Positions 1 to 8,650 are shown, counted from the stretch's first letter. The stretch is 29,478 nucleotides of DNA from Elusimicrobiota bacterium (GCA_043826435.1 JBDRQF010000035.1:1-29478); one strand, 5' to 3'. Notes: generated by a model not told the origin, from the sequence alone. Made by a program: numbers and translations.

Positions 1-548
1 GCCCAAAAATACCAGTAAGCAATATCCGTATAAAAAGCTTTAGTTACTTTTTCAACGCTGAACGTGTCTTTGATATTTTCTAATGACAAGAAATCAGCAT
101 CACCAATTTGTTGCAAAAAAGTTTTATTGGTGAATTCTTTACTGACAAAATAGGTGAAACGGCGGAAGGTGCTCCAATCTCTGCTTTTACCGAGATAATT
201 GGCATAAATTAAACTGAACCTGAAATTGCCGGATTTATCATCATAAAAAATAAAAATCCCGGCATCGGACCGAGTATCTTTAAGGATTCTCTTTCCCTTT
301 TCATACTGCGTTTTTTTTCCGCTTCTTTCGGAAAGTGGTTTGTTGGCTAGAAAGGAACAGATAATGAAATGTTCGGTATCAGAGAATTTAATCTCTCCTA
401 ACTTTGAGCCATTTTTGAAATTTTCATCGTTATATTGATTTAGTTTTTCCTGTCTCGGTGCAAAAGCACGGTTTTTCTCACGGAAAAACCGCACAAATTT
501 TTCCGGAGCAAGATCTTCAATTATGTTTTGTAAAATTTCGCTGCTCAT
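1..548 (-). CDS. 5' part of probable type IIG (Eco57I-like) restriction-modification enzyme / N6-adenine DNA methyltransferase; runs off window start
   Basis: Not in ORF track. Manual translation from ATG at 548 is open to base 1: MSSEILQNIIEDLAPEKFVRFF...AGIFIFYDDKSGNFRFSLIYANY...FRRFTYFVSKEFTNKTF...IKDTFSVEKVTKAFYTDIAYWYFW. The FRFSL / RFTY / FSVEKVTKxFY pattern is typical of N-termini of fused RM enzymes found next to PLD-helicases. MTase motifs lie outside the window. Confidence 0.65.
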   Translation of the reverse strand, partial: MSSEILQNIIEDLAPEKFVRFFREKNRAFAPRQEKLNQYNDENFKNGSKLGEIKFSDTEHFIICSFLANKPLSERSGKKTQYEKGKRILKDTRSDAGIFIFYDDKSGNFRFSLIYANYLGKSRDWSTFRRFTYFVSKEFTNKTFLQQIGDADFLSLENIKDTFSVEKVTKAFYTDIAYWYFW

Positions 549-560
549 AATTTTGGCCCG

Positions 561-2063
561 TTATCGTCCCCCGTTTTTCTCATGATGTTTTAAATAATCA
601 ACACCTTTTTTAGTCAAGCGATATTTTTGTAAACGGCTGTTAAGTTTATCGGGAATAGTATATTCAATCAGATCCATTTTTAATGCCGGATGCAAATAGT
701 TTTGCCGAAAAGTAGGTCTATGTTTGATTTTAAGTTCTGACCGCAGTTTTCCTGATGAGCATTCCACTTTTTGCAGAATACTCAAGATTCTTACAACTGG
801 GTCGGTTGACTGGGTCGACAACTGGGTCGTTGACTCTGGTTTCCATGAGGGCTTTTTTCTCCATATCGTCAAAATAAAGAATCCGTTTTCTAAACGAAAT
901 TTCGGAGGCTTCATACCTGCCTTGTGACAGTTATCATACATATCAACTGTCCCGGTGCCGGCTTTCTCAATGTATTTCGTCAGAAAAAGCGGTTCTGCAA
1001 TCAGGGGATTACCAGGTTGAGACGAATGAGGCCTACGCAGGCTCTTGATTGTCAGCGATGGCGGCAAAGTCCCCGGATTCCAGACCTCAAGCCGATCAGA
1101 AAAAAGCATAACTTCAACACTTGCATTGCTTGTGTAATCACGATGAGCTACAGCATTGACAATCCCCTCCACGACTACTTCCTGAGGAATATCATATTCA
1201 ACAGGCGCTTCCGGGCCATGTTTACGGGTTCCTACAAAGCGGTTCAACTTTGACATCACGAAGTCAACCGATTTATCAACCAGATCAAAAATTGTTCCCT
1301 TATAGATTTGGTAAGACGGAATGGGTTTAAGTTTTCTCGTTCCGTGAAAATGCATGCATTTCAATTCGGAAGTAACAAGGAAACGCTGGGGTTTAATCCC
1401 GAACAATAAGATTGCCGCGTGATTTGGCTTCCCCTTATCAAGCAGATCTAAATGGGTCAACACATCAACAACAGGGGTCGTCTCTGCCAACGCATAATCC
1501 CGGGCATTGCGTGCCCGAGAAAGGAACCAACGAATCTTATCCTCGGAAATGTCACCAAGTTCCGCATTACGGCATACCGTGGTATCAAACGGCCCGGTGA
1601 GGAGCCGCCCGGAGCCGAGAAGATATTGCACCAAACTTGCATAAACCGCTGAATGAAGTTCAGTCGTTGTGTTAAAACGACGCCGAATCAACTGATCCCC
1701 CGCCATGCGAAGCAAAGCAATCATCTTTGGATGCCGAGCTGTATCGTTATCGCCTTTAACAAAAATAAACCGGGGCTTACCGGTCTGCGATGCTAAAAGA
1801 AATTCTTTATGCGTTGGGGATATTCTTTCGTTGTCCTCAACGCCATATTGATTACCAAACAGTCCAAGATATATATCGCTCCGTTTAACCTCGTCTATGT
1901 ATACTTCATCAGTACGACGATCAGCGGCAGGCATATCTTCAAATAAAAACACTTCAAAGTATCGGCTCAATAATGCGTCGCCATAAATATAATCCTTGAG
2001 AGCGCATCGTTCTTCTCTGAACTCTTTTTGAACGCTGCTGATGAATATTTTATACTTTGACAT
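561..2063 (-). CDS. DUF4062 N-terminal domain + HATPase_c_4 (RecG C-terminal-like) ATP-binding domain + C-terminal winged HTH protein
   Basis: N-term KIFISSVQKEFREER...SDIYLGLFGNQYG...SPTHKEF (DUF4062); central EGIVNAVAHRDY, DRLEVWNPGTLP, NPLIA, IEKAGTG (HATPase_c_4); C-term YLHPALKMDLIEYTIPDKLNSRLQKYRLT (wHTH). Confidence 0.8.
   Translation of the reverse strand: MSKYKIFISSVQKEFREERCALKDYIYGDALLSRYFEVFLFEDMPAADRRTDEVYIDEVKRSDIYLGLFGNQYGVEDNERISPTHKEFLLASQTGKPRFIFVKGDNDTARHPKMIALLRMAGDQLIRRRFNTTTELHSAVYASLVQYLLGSGRLLTGPFDTTVCRNAELGDISEDKIRWFLSRARNARDYALAETTPVVDVLTHLDLLDKGKPNHAAILLFGIKPQRFLVTSELKCMHFHGTRKLKPIPSYQIYKGTIFDLVDKSVDFVMSKLNRFVGTRKHGPEAPVEYDIPQEVVVEGIVNAVAHRDYTSNASVEVMLFSDRLEVWNPGTLPPSLTIKSLRRPHSSQPGNPLIAEPLFLTKYIEKAGTGTVDMYDNCHKAGMKPPKFRLENGFFILTIWRKKPSWKPESTTQLSTQSTDPVVRILSILQKVECSSGKLRSELKIKHRPTFRQNYLHPALKMDLIEYTIPDKLNSRLQKYRLTKKGVDYLKHHEKNGGR
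793..835. repeat. Short intragenic tandem repeat (ACTGGGTCG core x3) encoding the STTQLSTQSTDP linker
   Basis: ACTGGGTCG at 796-804, 809-817 and 821-829; ACAACTGGGTCG identical at 793-804 and 818-829. Confidence 0.8.
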
Positions 2064-2070
2064 GGGTTTT

Positions 2071-5000
2071 TTATTGATTAAAGGATTGTTCCTGTTTTCT
2101 GTTTTCTATTGCGATGATGATTTCTTTGGATAAATCTTTCTGTTTTGCCTTTTCTTTCTCCAGATAATCTTCGCCTAATTCATTTTTTAAAGCTATTATT
2201 TCGGTTATTGCTCGTTTTTGTTTTGCGTCGTCGGCGCTTTCTAAATTGGCAATTCGGCGCATTGTGTAGTCGGGAAGCGTGCCATAATCCAAAATATCTT
2301 CACGCAAAGTTCTTAAGAAATCTTTATGCGGCAACAACTCTTCTATTTGAATTTTATCAATAAATGTTTTTAGATTATTTAATGCTTTCTGTTCCAGGCT
2401 TTGTTCACTAACCGGGGCAAGGCGGTATTCCTTGAATTTTTTTACCTTTTCATACCAATCCCAAAAAGAACTGCTTAAAGGAATCTTGTTTTCGTTTTTA
2501 TCGCAGACAATCTTATCAAATACTTCATCAAAGGTGGCTTGGTAAATCTGACTGCCCCTGGCGGCATTATATTTTACATTATAAATATACATTCTTCCTT
2601 TTTTAAGGAAAACCAAAAGTTCATCTTCGGTAAATTTTTTAGCAACTTTTATTCGGGGCGGATATTTTTTAAAATCTTCTATTAGTTGCGGGTTTTCTTT
2701 TTTTATTTTCAAAAACTCTTTTAACACTTTTGTATAGAAACTTTCTTCTTCCAATTTGTCCGGGTTTTGCTGGATTCTTTCATACAGCCCTGATGGCGTC
2801 GGCTCTTCGTCAATGTCAAAAATTTTGGCATCTTCACCTAAGGTATTATGGATTAAAAACATTTTATTACTTGCAATTTCCCGCGATTTAACTAATTCTG
2901 AACCTTTTTCAGTTGGAAAGAAATTAACAATATAAAGTTCATCAAAAACCTTTTTACTGATACGGTTGATACGGCCGACTCGCTGAATGACTCTTACAGG
3001 ATTCCATGGGATATCATAATTAATAACCATTCCGCCACGGTTTAGGTTAAAACCTTCGGAAATTCTATCAGAAGCAAGCAGAATGTCGTATTCATTATCT
3101 TGATTATCAAATGCAGCATCAAAATTCTTATTTATCTGTGAGATTTTTGCGGATGACAAATCACCGGCAACCACTAACAATCTTTCACCAAATTGCTTTT
3201 TAATTCTCGGTTCAAGATACTTTACCGTATCAAGATATTCGGAAAAAATTACTATTTTTCTTTTCGGCTCACCTTTGTTAGGTTTTTGTTTTAAAACATC
3301 TTTAATGTTTTTTAATAAACATTCCGTTTTGGGATCATTCTTCACTAAATCTAATGCCGACAATTCTTTTAGGATTTTATCAAAGAGAACTAAATCGGCC
3401 TTGATATGAGCAATAAACTCGTTTTTATATTTAAAATCGCTAATTTTGTATCTCTTGTGGTTCTTCGGATATTCGCCTTTATTTATTTTTTCAGTGTATT
3501 CGGCTAAACATTTTTCGATTTCATCTAAATCAAGATTATAAATTTTTTCAAGGAGAGCCCTATCTAAAATATATTCACCGTTAAAATAATCACCTTTCCC
3601 TGTTTTTTTAATAAACTCTAAAATTTTTTCGGTGATATTCTTAAAATTTTTAATGCTTTGCTCAAATGATCCAAAAGAGCTTTCAAATCTTTTTACCAAT
3701 AAGCGACGCATAAAATCATACAAGTTGCGTTGCTGGATAAATTGAAAGTTTTCCTTTTGGGTTAATTTATCACCAGCGACTTTTTCTTTTTCTATTTCGT
3801 ATTCAAAAGGACGATAGATGGCTCCTTTGAATTGACCACCATCATCCGGATCGCCGAAATAATCGCTAATGATTATGTCATAAAACTCTGATTGCTCCTT
3901 TGTTAATTCAAAAAACCACTCTTTCGGGTCTTTAACTTGGGAGAGGTTTTGTACTTCTTTTTTGTAATAGGGATTATTTTGCAGGTCAAGGCGATTGCGA
4001 CGAATAGTAACAGGCTCTATTACATCTCTGATTTGTTTAGCGAGATAACGAGACCTTTGTTTTACTTTTTCTAAGTTTACACTCTTTTCTTCAAAAAGAC
4101 CTTCATAATAACTCTCTGCTTTTTTTCTTTTCGATTCATTCGTAGAATTCCAGTATTTTTTGATATAGCCGAGACGGTCAAAAACACCTTTAAATGATTT
4201 AAACCTATCTACAAGATTGTTTTCCAATGTAATTGATGATTTTTTGGGAGTTATAAAGAGATTTAATAAAGATAAAATATCGCCCGGTCTATTATTAAAG
4301 GGTGTGGCAGTAAGCAAAATAACAATTTTATTCCGGCAGATATTTTTTAAGTACTCATAATTTTTTGTATCTTGATTTCTGAATCGGTGTGCTTCATCTA
4401 CTATCACTACTTCTATATCTCTGGCTTTATTAACAAACTCCGATAATTTACCACCTTCTAAATCGCCAAGAGAACGCACTTCCCAATCATAAAGTCCAAA
4501 TTCCTCGGCATATTTTTTCCATCCGGAATTTTTATTTTTATCGCCTACAATACCCGGGGGACAAATAACAATACCGCGCTTTTTTAATTCTTTTGCGACG
4601 GCGCAAGCAATCACTGTCTTTCCTAACCCAACAACATCGGCAATAATCACTCCATTATTTTTTTCTATAATGGCAAGGGCTTGTTTAACTGCATCCAATT
4701 GATATTGGTATGGAATATAACCGTTATCTTCTAATATTTTGATTAAAGATTGTCCGATTTCCTTTTGCTCAAATGAATCAAGATAGGTTTTTAAAATTAA
4801 AACAAACGCCTCAAAGGGAGTAATGTCTTTAATGAGAGTATCTTTTTCGATTACTTCTATAAGTTTTCTTTTAATTACATCGTCTTCGGTTATTTTTACT
4901 GCTTCATCCCACAAGGCATCAAAATAATCTTCTGTGTCTTTAAACCCATAATCACTTATTTCAACATTAAATTCTTCCTGAGTGGTTATTCCTGCTTTTG

Positions 5001-5475
5001 TTAAATTACTACTTCCCGTTATGAATAGATTTTTTCTACCAACCTGGCTTTCTTCCAATTTAAATATATAAATTTTTGCATGATTGGGATTATATGTTTT
5101 CCGAATTATTAATTTATCATCCCGGATTAGTTTAACAAAATATTTAACTTGTTGATAAAACTCTTCCGTATCAAAATCTTCTGAATTTAAGGATTTTTTC
5201 ACCGACTGTAAAAATTTATAACATTTTTCATCGTCAGATAATTGACTGTCCTGCTCGGCAAATTCGAGCAAACCAAAATTCGCTTTATCTACATTTAGAC
5301 CTACTAAAACTTTGATATTAACATCTGGCTTCTCTTTTAGTCCTTCATACAGCTCCATTACTCCGGAGAAATAGAAAAAACCTACCAAAAATTTTAATTC
5401 GTCACTTTTTTGAATTAATTCTATTAAACGTTTTTTTAAGTTTGATGCGTCGTTATTAGTAATAAAATTTTTCAT
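2071..5475 (-). CDS. Phospholipase D-family nuclease fused to SNF2-like superfamily 2 helicase (RM/defence-associated)
   Basis: PLD motif HAKIYIF...ITGSSNLT; Walker A IIADVVGLGKT; DEAH; LLTATPFNN; VIFSEYLDT; SEGFNL; NYDIPWNPVRVIQRVGRINRI; visibly AT-rich compared with downstream core genes. Confidence 0.88.
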   Translation of the reverse strand: MKNFITNNDASNLKKRLIELIQKSDELKFLVGFFYFSGVMELYEGLKEKPDVNIKVLVGLNVDKANFGLLEFAEQDSQLSDDEKCYKFLQSVKKSLNSEDFDTEEFYQQVKYFVKLIRDDKLIIRKTYNPNHAKIYIFKLEESQVGRKNLFITGSSNLTKAGITTQEEFNVEISDYGFKDTEDYFDALWDEAVKITEDDVIKRKLIEVIEKDTLIKDITPFEAFVLILKTYLDSFEQKEIGQSLIKILEDNGYIPYQYQLDAVKQALAIIEKNNGVIIADVVGLGKTVIACAVAKELKKRGIVICPPGIVGDKNKNSGWKKYAEEFGLYDWEVRSLGDLEGGKLSEFVNKARDIEVVIVDEAHRFRNQDTKNYEYLKNICRNKIVILLTATPFNNRPGDILSLLNLFITPKKSSITLENNLVDRFKSFKGVFDRLGYIKKYWNSTNESKRKKAESYYEGLFEEKSVNLEKVKQRSRYLAKQIRDVIEPVTIRRNRLDLQNNPYYKKEVQNLSQVKDPKEWFFELTKEQSEFYDIIISDYFGDPDDGGQFKGAIYRPFEYEIEKEKVAGDKLTQKENFQFIQQRNLYDFMRRLLVKRFESSFGSFEQSIKNFKNITEKILEFIKKTGKGDYFNGEYILDRALLEKIYNLDLDEIEKCLAEYTEKINKGEYPKNHKRYKISDFKYKNEFIAHIKADLVLFDKILKELSALDLVKNDPKTECLLKNIKDVLKQKPNKGEPKRKIVIFSEYLDTVKYLEPRIKKQFGERLLVVAGDLSSAKISQINKNFDAAFDNQDNEYDILLASDRISEGFNLNRGGMVINYDIPWNPVRVIQRVGRINRISKKVFDELYIVNFFPTEKGSELVKSREIASNKMFLIHNTLGEDAKIFDIDEEPTPSGLYERIQQNPDKLEEESFYTKVLKEFLKIKKENPQLIEDFKKYPPRIKVAKKFTEDELLVFLKKGRMYIYNVKYNAARGSQIYQATFDEVFDKIVCDKNENKIPLSSSFWDWYEKVKKFKEYRLAPVSEQSLEQKALNNLKTFIDKIQIEELLPHKDFLRTLREDILDYGTLPDYTMRRIANLESADDAKQKRAITEIIALKNELGEDYLEKEKAKQKDLSKEIIIAIENRKQEQSFNQ

Positions 5476-5495
5476 TGCTTTTGTTACATCTCTCT

Positions 5496-5571
5496 TGGTG
5501 GAGGTGAAGGGATTCGAACCCTCGGCCTCTGCCTTGCGAAAGCAGCGCTCTCCCAGCTGAGCTACACCCCC
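5496..5571 (-). tRNA. tRNA-Ala (anticodon CGC), 76 nt, CCA encoded
   Basis: Reverse complement GGGGGTGTAGCTCAGCTGGGAGAGCGCTGCTTTCGCAAGGCAGAGGCCGAGGGTTCGAATCCCTTCACCTCCACCA; G3:U70 Ala identity pair, anticodon loop TTCGCAA, GTTCGAATC T-loop. Confidence 0.97.
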
Positions 5572-5642
5572 ACGACTCCTGCCATAATAAAATTACACCC
5601 CCCGCCATTTAAGTACCTGTGCATAGGTTGCGGAGCACTTTA

Positions 5643-6674
5643 CTATGTTGCCTTGTGTATATGCACCCCCAGGGAATACGGAACCCTGAATACTCCCTTT
5701 TCGGTGATAATTGCAGTGATTAATTTTGCAGGCGTTACGTCAAAGGCAGGGTGCCTGACATTTATTCCGTCAGGGGCGATTTTTATTCCTGCTATTTTTG
5801 TTACTTCCTCAGACGGACGTTCCTCAACTATTATTCCTTTGCCTGATTTTATTTTTTTGTCAATCGTTGAAGATGGTGCAGCGACATAAAAAGGTATCCG
5901 ATGGTATGATGCTAAAACCGCCAGCGAGTAGGTCCCGATTTTATTCGCCGTGTCGCCGTTTGCGGCTATCCTGTCGGCGCCCACTATTACGGCGGAGACG
6001 TTGCATGTCTTCATTATGTATCCCGCCATGTTGTCGGTAATAAGGGTCATCGGGATACCCTGTTGTTTAAGTTCAAATGCCGTCAGCCGGGCGCCCTGCA
6101 GGTATGGCCGCGTTTCATCTACATATACCATTTTTATTTTTTTCTGACGGAACGCTTCTGATATTACCCCGAGTGCAGTACCTATTCCGCCTGTTGCGAG
6201 CGCTCCTGCATTGCAGTGGGTTAGAACTATGCTATTTTTTTTCAGAAGCCCTGCCCCGTATGTGCTGATTCTTTTATTTGCCTGCACGTCCTCGTCCCAG
6301 ATTTTTTTTGCTTCGGAATAAAGTTCCCCGGCGGCGGTACGGGTGTCCCTGAGAGACAACACCCTCTTTTTCATCCGGTCTATCGCCCATGTCAGGTTTA
6401 CTGCGGTGGGCCTGGCGGTTGCGATTTTATCAGCCGCATCAAACAGGTATTTTTTAAGCGGACCGATTGAGGTGAATTTTTTTTCAATACCAGCCAGCGC
6501 CATACCGAAAGCAGCGGTAATACCGATTGCAGGCGCCCCCCTGACGACCATATCCATTATCGCCCTTGTGACATCCATGTGATTTTTACAGGCGACGTAT
6601 CTGGTTTTATGCGGTAGTAGTTTTTGATTTAACAGGAACAACCTGTTGTTTTTCCAGAACAAAGTTTTTATCAT
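5643..6674 (-). CDS. mtnA: S-methyl-5-thioribose-1-phosphate isomerase
   Basis: MVVRGAPAIG, ARPTAVNL, LTHCNAGALAT, ETRPYLQGARLT, VGADRIAANGDTANKIGTY, PAFDVTP. Confidence 0.95.
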   Translation of the reverse strand: MIKTLFWKNNRLFLLNQKLLPHKTRYVACKNHMDVTRAIMDMVVRGAPAIGITAAFGMALAGIEKKFTSIGPLKKYLFDAADKIATARPTAVNLTWAIDRMKKRVLSLRDTRTAAGELYSEAKKIWDEDVQANKRISTYGAGLLKKNSIVLTHCNAGALATGGIGTALGVISEAFRQKKIKMVYVDETRPYLQGARLTAFELKQQGIPMTLITDNMAGYIMKTCNVSAVIVGADRIAANGDTANKIGTYSLAVLASYHRIPFYVAAPSSTIDKKIKSGKGIIVEERPSEEVTKIAGIKIAPDGINVRHPAFDVTPAKLITAIITEKGVFRVPYSLGVHIHKAT

Positions 6675-6679
6675 GTCAA

Positions 6680-6943
6680 TTACGGGATACTCTCCATTAT
6701 CTGCTCAAGATCTTCCTCCGACTTCCCTTCAATTTCAACGACCTTTTCCTTGCCCCGCTGACCCCTCCTCAAAAATACCTTTGATTGACGCACGTCAAAA
6801 AAATCAGCCAGAAACTTTATAAGCTGAAGGTTTGTGCGGCTATTGATGGCAGGGGCGGAAACCTTTACCCTTAAAATTGAACCCAGACGGGAAACAACCT
6901 CTGTTTTTTTTGCATTGGGAATTACCCGTATCTTTAATATCAT
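6680..6943 (-). CDS. DUF167 / YggU family protein
   Basis: IRVIPNAKK...LRVKVSAPA...N..LIKFLADFF...K pattern; conserved neighbourhood with yggS and proC; SD GGAGG upstream. Confidence 0.85.
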   Translation of the reverse strand: MILKIRVIPNAKKTEVVSRLGSILRVKVSAPAINSRTNLQLIKFLADFFDVRQSKVFLRRGQRGKEKVVEIEGKSEEDLEQIMESIP

Positions 6944-7019
6944 CCGGCTGTTCCTCCCTATTGTCTGAACATGCCATGAGTATGTTGCCCACTACTCTCC
7001 ACTACATGACCACACTACT

Positions 7020-7835
7020 TTAAATAGATAATTCCCGTGACCTTTTCTTCGCGGAGGCAATCGCTGAATGGACTATGTCAAGGAGACGATTTTTTTCAAA
7101 TAACTTAATCGCCCGTTCGGTTGTCCCGCCGGGCGATGTAACCCTGTATCTGAGCGTTTTCGGCTCTTCGCCGGTCAGGCGTAAGAGTTGTCCTGCACCT
7201 GCAACTGTCTGCACAGCGAGCATTTTAGCGGCCTTTTTGTCTATCCCAAGTTTTATCGCCGCCTCAATAATCCCTTCGGTGAGATAGAACACATAAGCCG
7301 GGCCGGAACCTGAAACAGCAGTTACTGTATCAAATAATTTCTCAGGCAGAACAACCGTTTTCCCCGCAAAGTTAAAGAGTTGCATGGATGTTTGCACATC
7401 CCCCTTTGAAGCGAACCTGCCCTTGCACAGGGCAGTAATCCCTTCCCGGACGGCCACGCAGATGTTCGGCATTGCCCTTATTACGGGCGTATTTTTAAGG
7501 AATTTTTCAATGTATCCTGTCGTGATGCCTGCCGCTATGGAGATTAATAATTGTCCTTTCCCCGTGCATGCTGAAATTTCACTTAGCACTTCACCTACCT
7601 GCTGTGGCTTTACGCACAGTACTATTATGTCGCTGTTCCCGGCTGTCAGGTTATTGTCCACAGATGTCTTGATTCCGAACTTGCGCGAGATACGGGCGAG
7701 CCGCTCTTTCCTTATGTCGGTCGCAATTATGTTATTCAATAGTTTGCGTTCCGAGGACGCGATGCCGGAGATAAGCGATTCTGCAATGTTTCCTGCACCG
7801 AGGAAACACATCGTTTTGTCAGTTATTTTTTGCAT
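7020..7835 (-). CDS. proC: Pyrroline-5-carboxylate reductase
   Basis: FLGAGNIA, CVKPQ, ISIAAG, RAMPN, TAVSGSGPAY, VTSPGGTT. Confidence 0.95.
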   Translation of the reverse strand: MQKITDKTMCFLGAGNIAESLISGIASSERKLLNNIIATDIRKERLARISRKFGIKTSVDNNLTAGNSDIIVLCVKPQQVGEVLSEISACTGKGQLLISIAAGITTGYIEKFLKNTPVIRAMPNICVAVREGITALCKGRFASKGDVQTSMQLFNFAGKTVVLPEKLFDTVTAVSGSGPAYVFYLTEGIIEAAIKLGIDKKAAKMLAVQTVAGAGQLLRLTGEEPKTLRYRVTSPGGTTERAIKLFEKNRLLDIVHSAIASAKKRSRELSI

Positions 7836-8526
7836 TTTTTTCGCCGAAAATTGCCGTGCCGATTCTAACCATATTGGAACCCTCTTCTATTGCGGTCTCA
7901 AAATCGTTTGACATCCCCATTGAAATATATTTAAAATCACCGGTTTTATCGGACATTTTTTCAAACTCATCAAACAAACGGCGCGCCCTGCGGAAATAAG
8001 GCCTGGTCAAAGCGGGGTCTTCAAAAAACGGCGCCATCGCCATAAGACCGCAGATGCGGATGCCATTGAGGTTACTGGTTTTTTCAAGTAAGTCATAGAG
8101 GTTTTCCGGCTGACATCCGTATTTTGTTTCTTCTTCCGATATCTTCACCTCAACCAGGCAATCCTGGATTTTGTTGTTCTTCTTTGCTTCAACGTCTATC
8201 TCTGTTGCCAGATGGACGCTGTCAAGGGATTGGATTAAGCCGAATATTCCGACTGCCTTTTTCACCTTGTTTGTCTGCAGGTGCCCTACCATGTGCAAAC
8301 TGAATTCGGCCGTTGGCAGTCGCACCAGATCCCCGTATTTTTTTGCCGCTTCCTGGATACGGTTTTCGCCGATATCCCTTATACCGGCGCCTAAAACTTC
8401 AAGTATTTCTTTAATTCCAACGTTCTTTGTTATTGCGACAAGTTTTATATCCTTAGATTTTTTCCCGACCTTATCCGCTGCTGAATCCATTTTTTCAAGC
8501 ACACGAGCGAGGTTTTCCTTTATCAT
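7819..8526 (-). CDS. yggS: PLP homeostasis protein YggS/PLPBP (start ATG 8526 preferred; GTG 8550 possible)
   Basis: VAITK (PLP lysine), GENRIQE, HMVGHLQTNK, SMGMSNDF, VRIGTAIFG. Confidence 0.93.
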   Translation of the reverse strand: MIKENLARVLEKMDSAADKVGKKSKDIKLVAITKNVGIKEILEVLGAGIRDIGENRIQEAAKKYGDLVRLPTAEFSLHMVGHLQTNKVKKAVGIFGLIQSLDSVHLATEIDVEAKKNNKIQDCLVEVKISEEETKYGCQPENLYDLLEKTSNLNGIRICGLMAMAPFFEDPALTRPYFRRARRLFDEFEKMSDKTGDFKYISMGMSNDFETAIEEGSNMVRIGTAIFGEKNAKNN

Positions 8527-8590
8527 CTGTTTGGCTCTGTTGTCCCGCACTATAGTGGGGCTTCCCCTAAAAAGGCCTCCTTAAAAGGAG

Positions 8591-8619
8591 ATTATATCAA
8601 ATTTCTACAAAAAATGCAA
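8591..8619 (-). promoter_or_regulatory. Sigma70-type promoter for yggS-proC-yggU-mtnA(-tRNA)
   Basis: TTGCAT (8619-8614), 17 nt spacer, TATAAT (8596-8591) with extended -10 TGn. Confidence 0.75.
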
Positions 8620-8650
8620 ATTTTTGGGATTATTTCTACAAGGATTGTTT

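Noticed and set aside
1..5475. Calling the left cassette DISARM, BREX or a prophage/ICE
   Set aside because: No drmA/drmB, pglZ/brxC, integrase or att duplication is visible in the window; cannot be excluded beyond the left edge.
8600..8641. AATTTCTAC resembling a Cas12a CRISPR repeat
   Set aside because: No complementary GTAGA hairpin arm, only two 10-nt copies, no spacers or cas genes.
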